A stretch of 64,000 nt of DNA from Gemmatimonas sp. (GTDB lineage: Bacteria; Gemmatimonadota; Gemmatimonadetes; Gemmatimonadales; Gemmatimonadaceae), in contig OZ257156.1 of assembly GCA_965279375.1 (NCBI GenBank), positions 1,984,001-2,048,000 on the forward strand. The letters run 5' to 3'. Shown in pieces: positions 61,661 to 64,000 of this stretch. Within the stretch, counting starts at the first letter, position 1; every line of letters begins with the position of its first letter. A program made the position numbers and the translations under genes. The notes beneath the pieces are model-generated. The model made no database searches. It was not told where the DNA came from and was given only the letters and a program-made list of their open reading frames with translations.

Positions 61661-64000
61661 GCGTATCGTCCGCCGCCGTACATGGATGGCGGTGCTGCTG
61701 GGCCTCACGCTCGGACAGAGCTGCAAGAGTTCCAGTGAACCCGGCGATCTGTCTCCGCCAACGGAACTGCAGGCCACCGCGCTCGGCGTGAACGCAATCG
61801 CGGTGACCTGGAAGCCGGCTGCGGGTGTCACCAGCTACACACTCGAGCGCCGGACCGATTTCGTCGGCCCATTCGAGGTCATCAAGGACGCGATCCGCGG
61901 CGACGGCGCAGCGCTCGTCAGCTACCTCGACACATCCGTCGAGCCGGAGCACTACTACGGCTATCGCGTGCGCGCGGTCGCGGCGTTGGGAGTTCGCTCC
62001 GATGTATCAACCGTGGCCGGCGCGCGCACGGCGCCCGTGCCCGGCGTGCGCATTCGCACCTCGACGTCGTTTGCGTCACCGGCGTCCGCTGACGCGGACG
62101 GATTCCTGGTGTCTGTGCGCGGTCCGCGCGACACCAGCTCGTTCGCTGTCGCCATCAATGGCGAGCGGCTGATCGCGCCGCTTCCCAAAGGGACCTACAC
62201 CGTCGTGCTGCGCGGACTGGCGATCAACTGCAGTCCGAGAACGCTGGGTGACACGGTCAAAGTCGTGCAGGTTTCGGACGAAGGGCTGAACACGATCGGC
62301 AACGCCGAGTTCAACGTCAGCTGCCGAGATCCAAAGAAGGCCAGCATCGTCACCACGGTGCGCGCCACGGGGGACACCGTGGATGCCGACGGTGTCGTGA
62401 TCACGGTGTCGGGCATCATTCGGGAAGCGGGCACGCCGGCCAACGAACGCGTGTACTTCCAGTCGCGCACGCTGCAAGGTGCCACTCCCGCTGCGCGCTT
62501 TGACGATCTGCGTCTGGGCGACTACGAGATCACGATCAGTGACGTGGAAGCGCCGTGCGTGCTCGACGGCGAACGCCTGCGCACGCTCCAGCCCAAGGCG
62601 CTCGCGGTGGACACGGTGGCGTTCGCGCTCACCTGTCTCAAGCCCGTGGCGCCGGTCGATACCGCAGGTCGGCCGCTCGTGCTTCGACAGGTCTGGTCGG
62701 CTGCGTCCGCGCGTCCGGGTGACAAGGTCTCGCTGCTGACATCGCTCGACCTCCGTGCGCGCCCGGCGCTGCTCGCGGCCGGCGTGACCGGCACGATCCG
62801 CTTCGACAATACGGTCGTGCGATTCGACAGCGCGCGCACGACGCGTGCGTTCCAGGTGACGGCCAACAATCTCGCGCAGCCCGGCATTCTCGCCTTCGCC
62901 GCCGCGCAGACGGATGATCCTGCCCTGCCAGGCAACATCGACATTCTGCGCAGCTGGTACACCGTGATTGGCGCCGTCGGCGCGACGGTCACCACCAACA
63001 CGACGATCACCGACGTCATCTCGTCGACACAAACCAAGTTGACGAGTCAAACACGCGCGGCAGAGGGAACGCTCACGGTCAGCAACACGACGACGAGTCC
63101 GAATCAGGCGCCGACCGCCGTCATCACCGGGCCTACTGCTGGCGCCGTGGGCGCGTCGCTGTCCTTCTCCGGCAGTCAGTCGAGCGATCCGGATGGCAGC
63201 ATCGCGTCGTATGCGTGGAACTTCGGCGATGGTCAATCCGGTACCGGCGCGACGGTGACGAAGAGCTACAGCACCGCCGGCACGTACACCGTTCGCCTCA
63301 CCGTGACGGACGCGCAGGGTGCAACGGGAACGAAGGATCAGCAGGTCGTCATCACCGCATCGGCACCGACCACCGGAAGCGTCGCAGGCACTGTGACGTC
63401 ATCGCTCGGTGGAGGACTTGGCGGCGTCACGATCACAGTCACGGGTGGGTTGACTGCAACAACGGCGGCAAACGGCAGTTACAGCGTCGCGAATGTTGCA
63501 CTCGGCTCACGCACCGTGAGCGTCAGTGGTGTGCCGAGCAACTGCACGGCGCCCGCAGCGCAAACGGTTACCGTCGCGGCGGGCGCAAGTTCGACGGCGA
63601 ACTTCACGGTCACTTGTACGACAACGGGTGGCGGCGCGACGACCGGTACGTTGAATGGTCGCGTCACACGCGTCAGCGATGGCAGCGGCATCGGATTCGC
63701 GCGCATCACCATCACGCCAGCGGGTGGCAGCGCGCTCACGCCGGTGAACACGGCCGTCGACGGCAACTATGCCGCGTCAGGTGTGCCCATCGGCAGCGGA
63801 TCCAATGCAGGGTCGGGTAGCATCACCGTGGACAATCTGCCGAACGGTTGCACCATTCCGGCAGCGCAGCCGTACAGCGGACTCACCGCGAATGGCACGG
63901 TGACAGTCAGCGTTGCAGTCACGTGCGCCGTCGCCACGACGGGCACGCTCACGGGACGCATCACGCGCAGCACCGGCGGTGACGCAGCGGGCGTGAGTGT
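61650..64000 (+). CDS. Partial large surface lipoprotein (FN3, Ig-like repeats, cohesin-like, PKD, carboxypeptidase-regulatory-like repeats), truncated at the window end
   Basis: Not in the ORF track because it has no stop in the window. Translated by hand from TTG 61650 (or ATG 61686): LGQSC lipobox, FN3 YGYRVRAV and PKD SDPDGSIASYAWNFGDG. Confidence 0.85.
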   Translation, partial: MSDKRIVRRRTWMAVLLGLTLGQSCKSSSEPGDLSPPTELQATALGVNAIAVTWKPAAGVTSYTLERRTDFVGPFEVIKDAIRGDGAALVSYLDTSVEPEHYYGYRVRAVAALGVRSDVSTVAGARTAPVPGVRIRTSTSFASPASADADGFLVSVRGPRDTSSFAVAINGERLIAPLPKGTYTVVLRGLAINCSPRTLGDTVKVVQVSDEGLNTIGNAEFNVSCRDPKKASIVTTVRATGDTVDADGVVITVSGIIREAGTPANERVYFQSRTLQGATPAARFDDLRLGDYEITISDVEAPCVLDGERLRTLQPKALAVDTVAFALTCLKPVAPVDTAGRPLVLRQVWSAASARPGDKVSLLTSLDLRARPALLAAGVTGTIRFDNTVVRFDSARTTRAFQVTANNLAQPGILAFAAAQTDDPALPGNIDILRSWYTVIGAVGATVTTNTTITDVISSTQTKLTSQTRAAEGTLTVSNTTTSPNQAPTAVITGPTAGAVGASLSFSGSQSSDPDGSIASYAWNFGDGQSGTGATVTKSYSTAGTYTVRLTVTDAQGATGTKDQQVVITASAPTTGSVAGTVTSSLGGGLGGVTITVTGGLTATTAANGSYSVANVALGSRTVSVSGVPSNCTAPAAQTVTVAAGASSTANFTVTCTTTGGGATTGTLNGRVTRVSDGSGIGFARITITPAGGSALTPVNTAVDGNYAASGVPIGSGSNAGSGSITVDNLPNGCTIPAAQPYSGLTANGTVTVSVAVTCAVATTGTLTGRITRSTGGDAAGVS

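Overview
GC-rich bacterial chromosomal segment with about 46 CDSs (45 complete, one running off the right end). The gene content (stand-alone LPOR, ADOP permease with PadR, BlaI/M56, an ECF-kinase pair, many exported peptidases) suggests Gemmatimonadota or a similar lineage; this is inference. From left to right: an APC permease; light-dependent protochlorophyllide oxidoreductase with a thioesterase and trpF; a BlaI / M56-HEAT sensor / HEAT lipoprotein unit with three shared operator palindromes; DUF5916 and DUF427 genes; DDAH and a permease; an amidohydrolase and M14 peptidase; an ECF sigma with a Ser/Thr kinase; a PadR-ADOP-adaptor-ATPase exporter with twin operators; three M20 peptidases and a serine hydrolase; class I fumarase; SolA; an FMN-binding / ApbE / RnfD-like flavinylation module; Uma2; fccAB sulfide dehydrogenase; paaABCD. 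The last ~16 kb is a cell-surface locus (OmpA-TSP3, paralogous lipoproteins, cyclophilin, a beta-helix/RCC1 protein, an Ig lipoprotein, a TonB receptor and an FN3-cohesin-PKD lipoprotein). Three of its proteins share a Cys-closed repeat. I saw no rRNA, tRNA, CRISPR array or transposase. All calls rest on motif recognition by eye, and start codons are best guesses.
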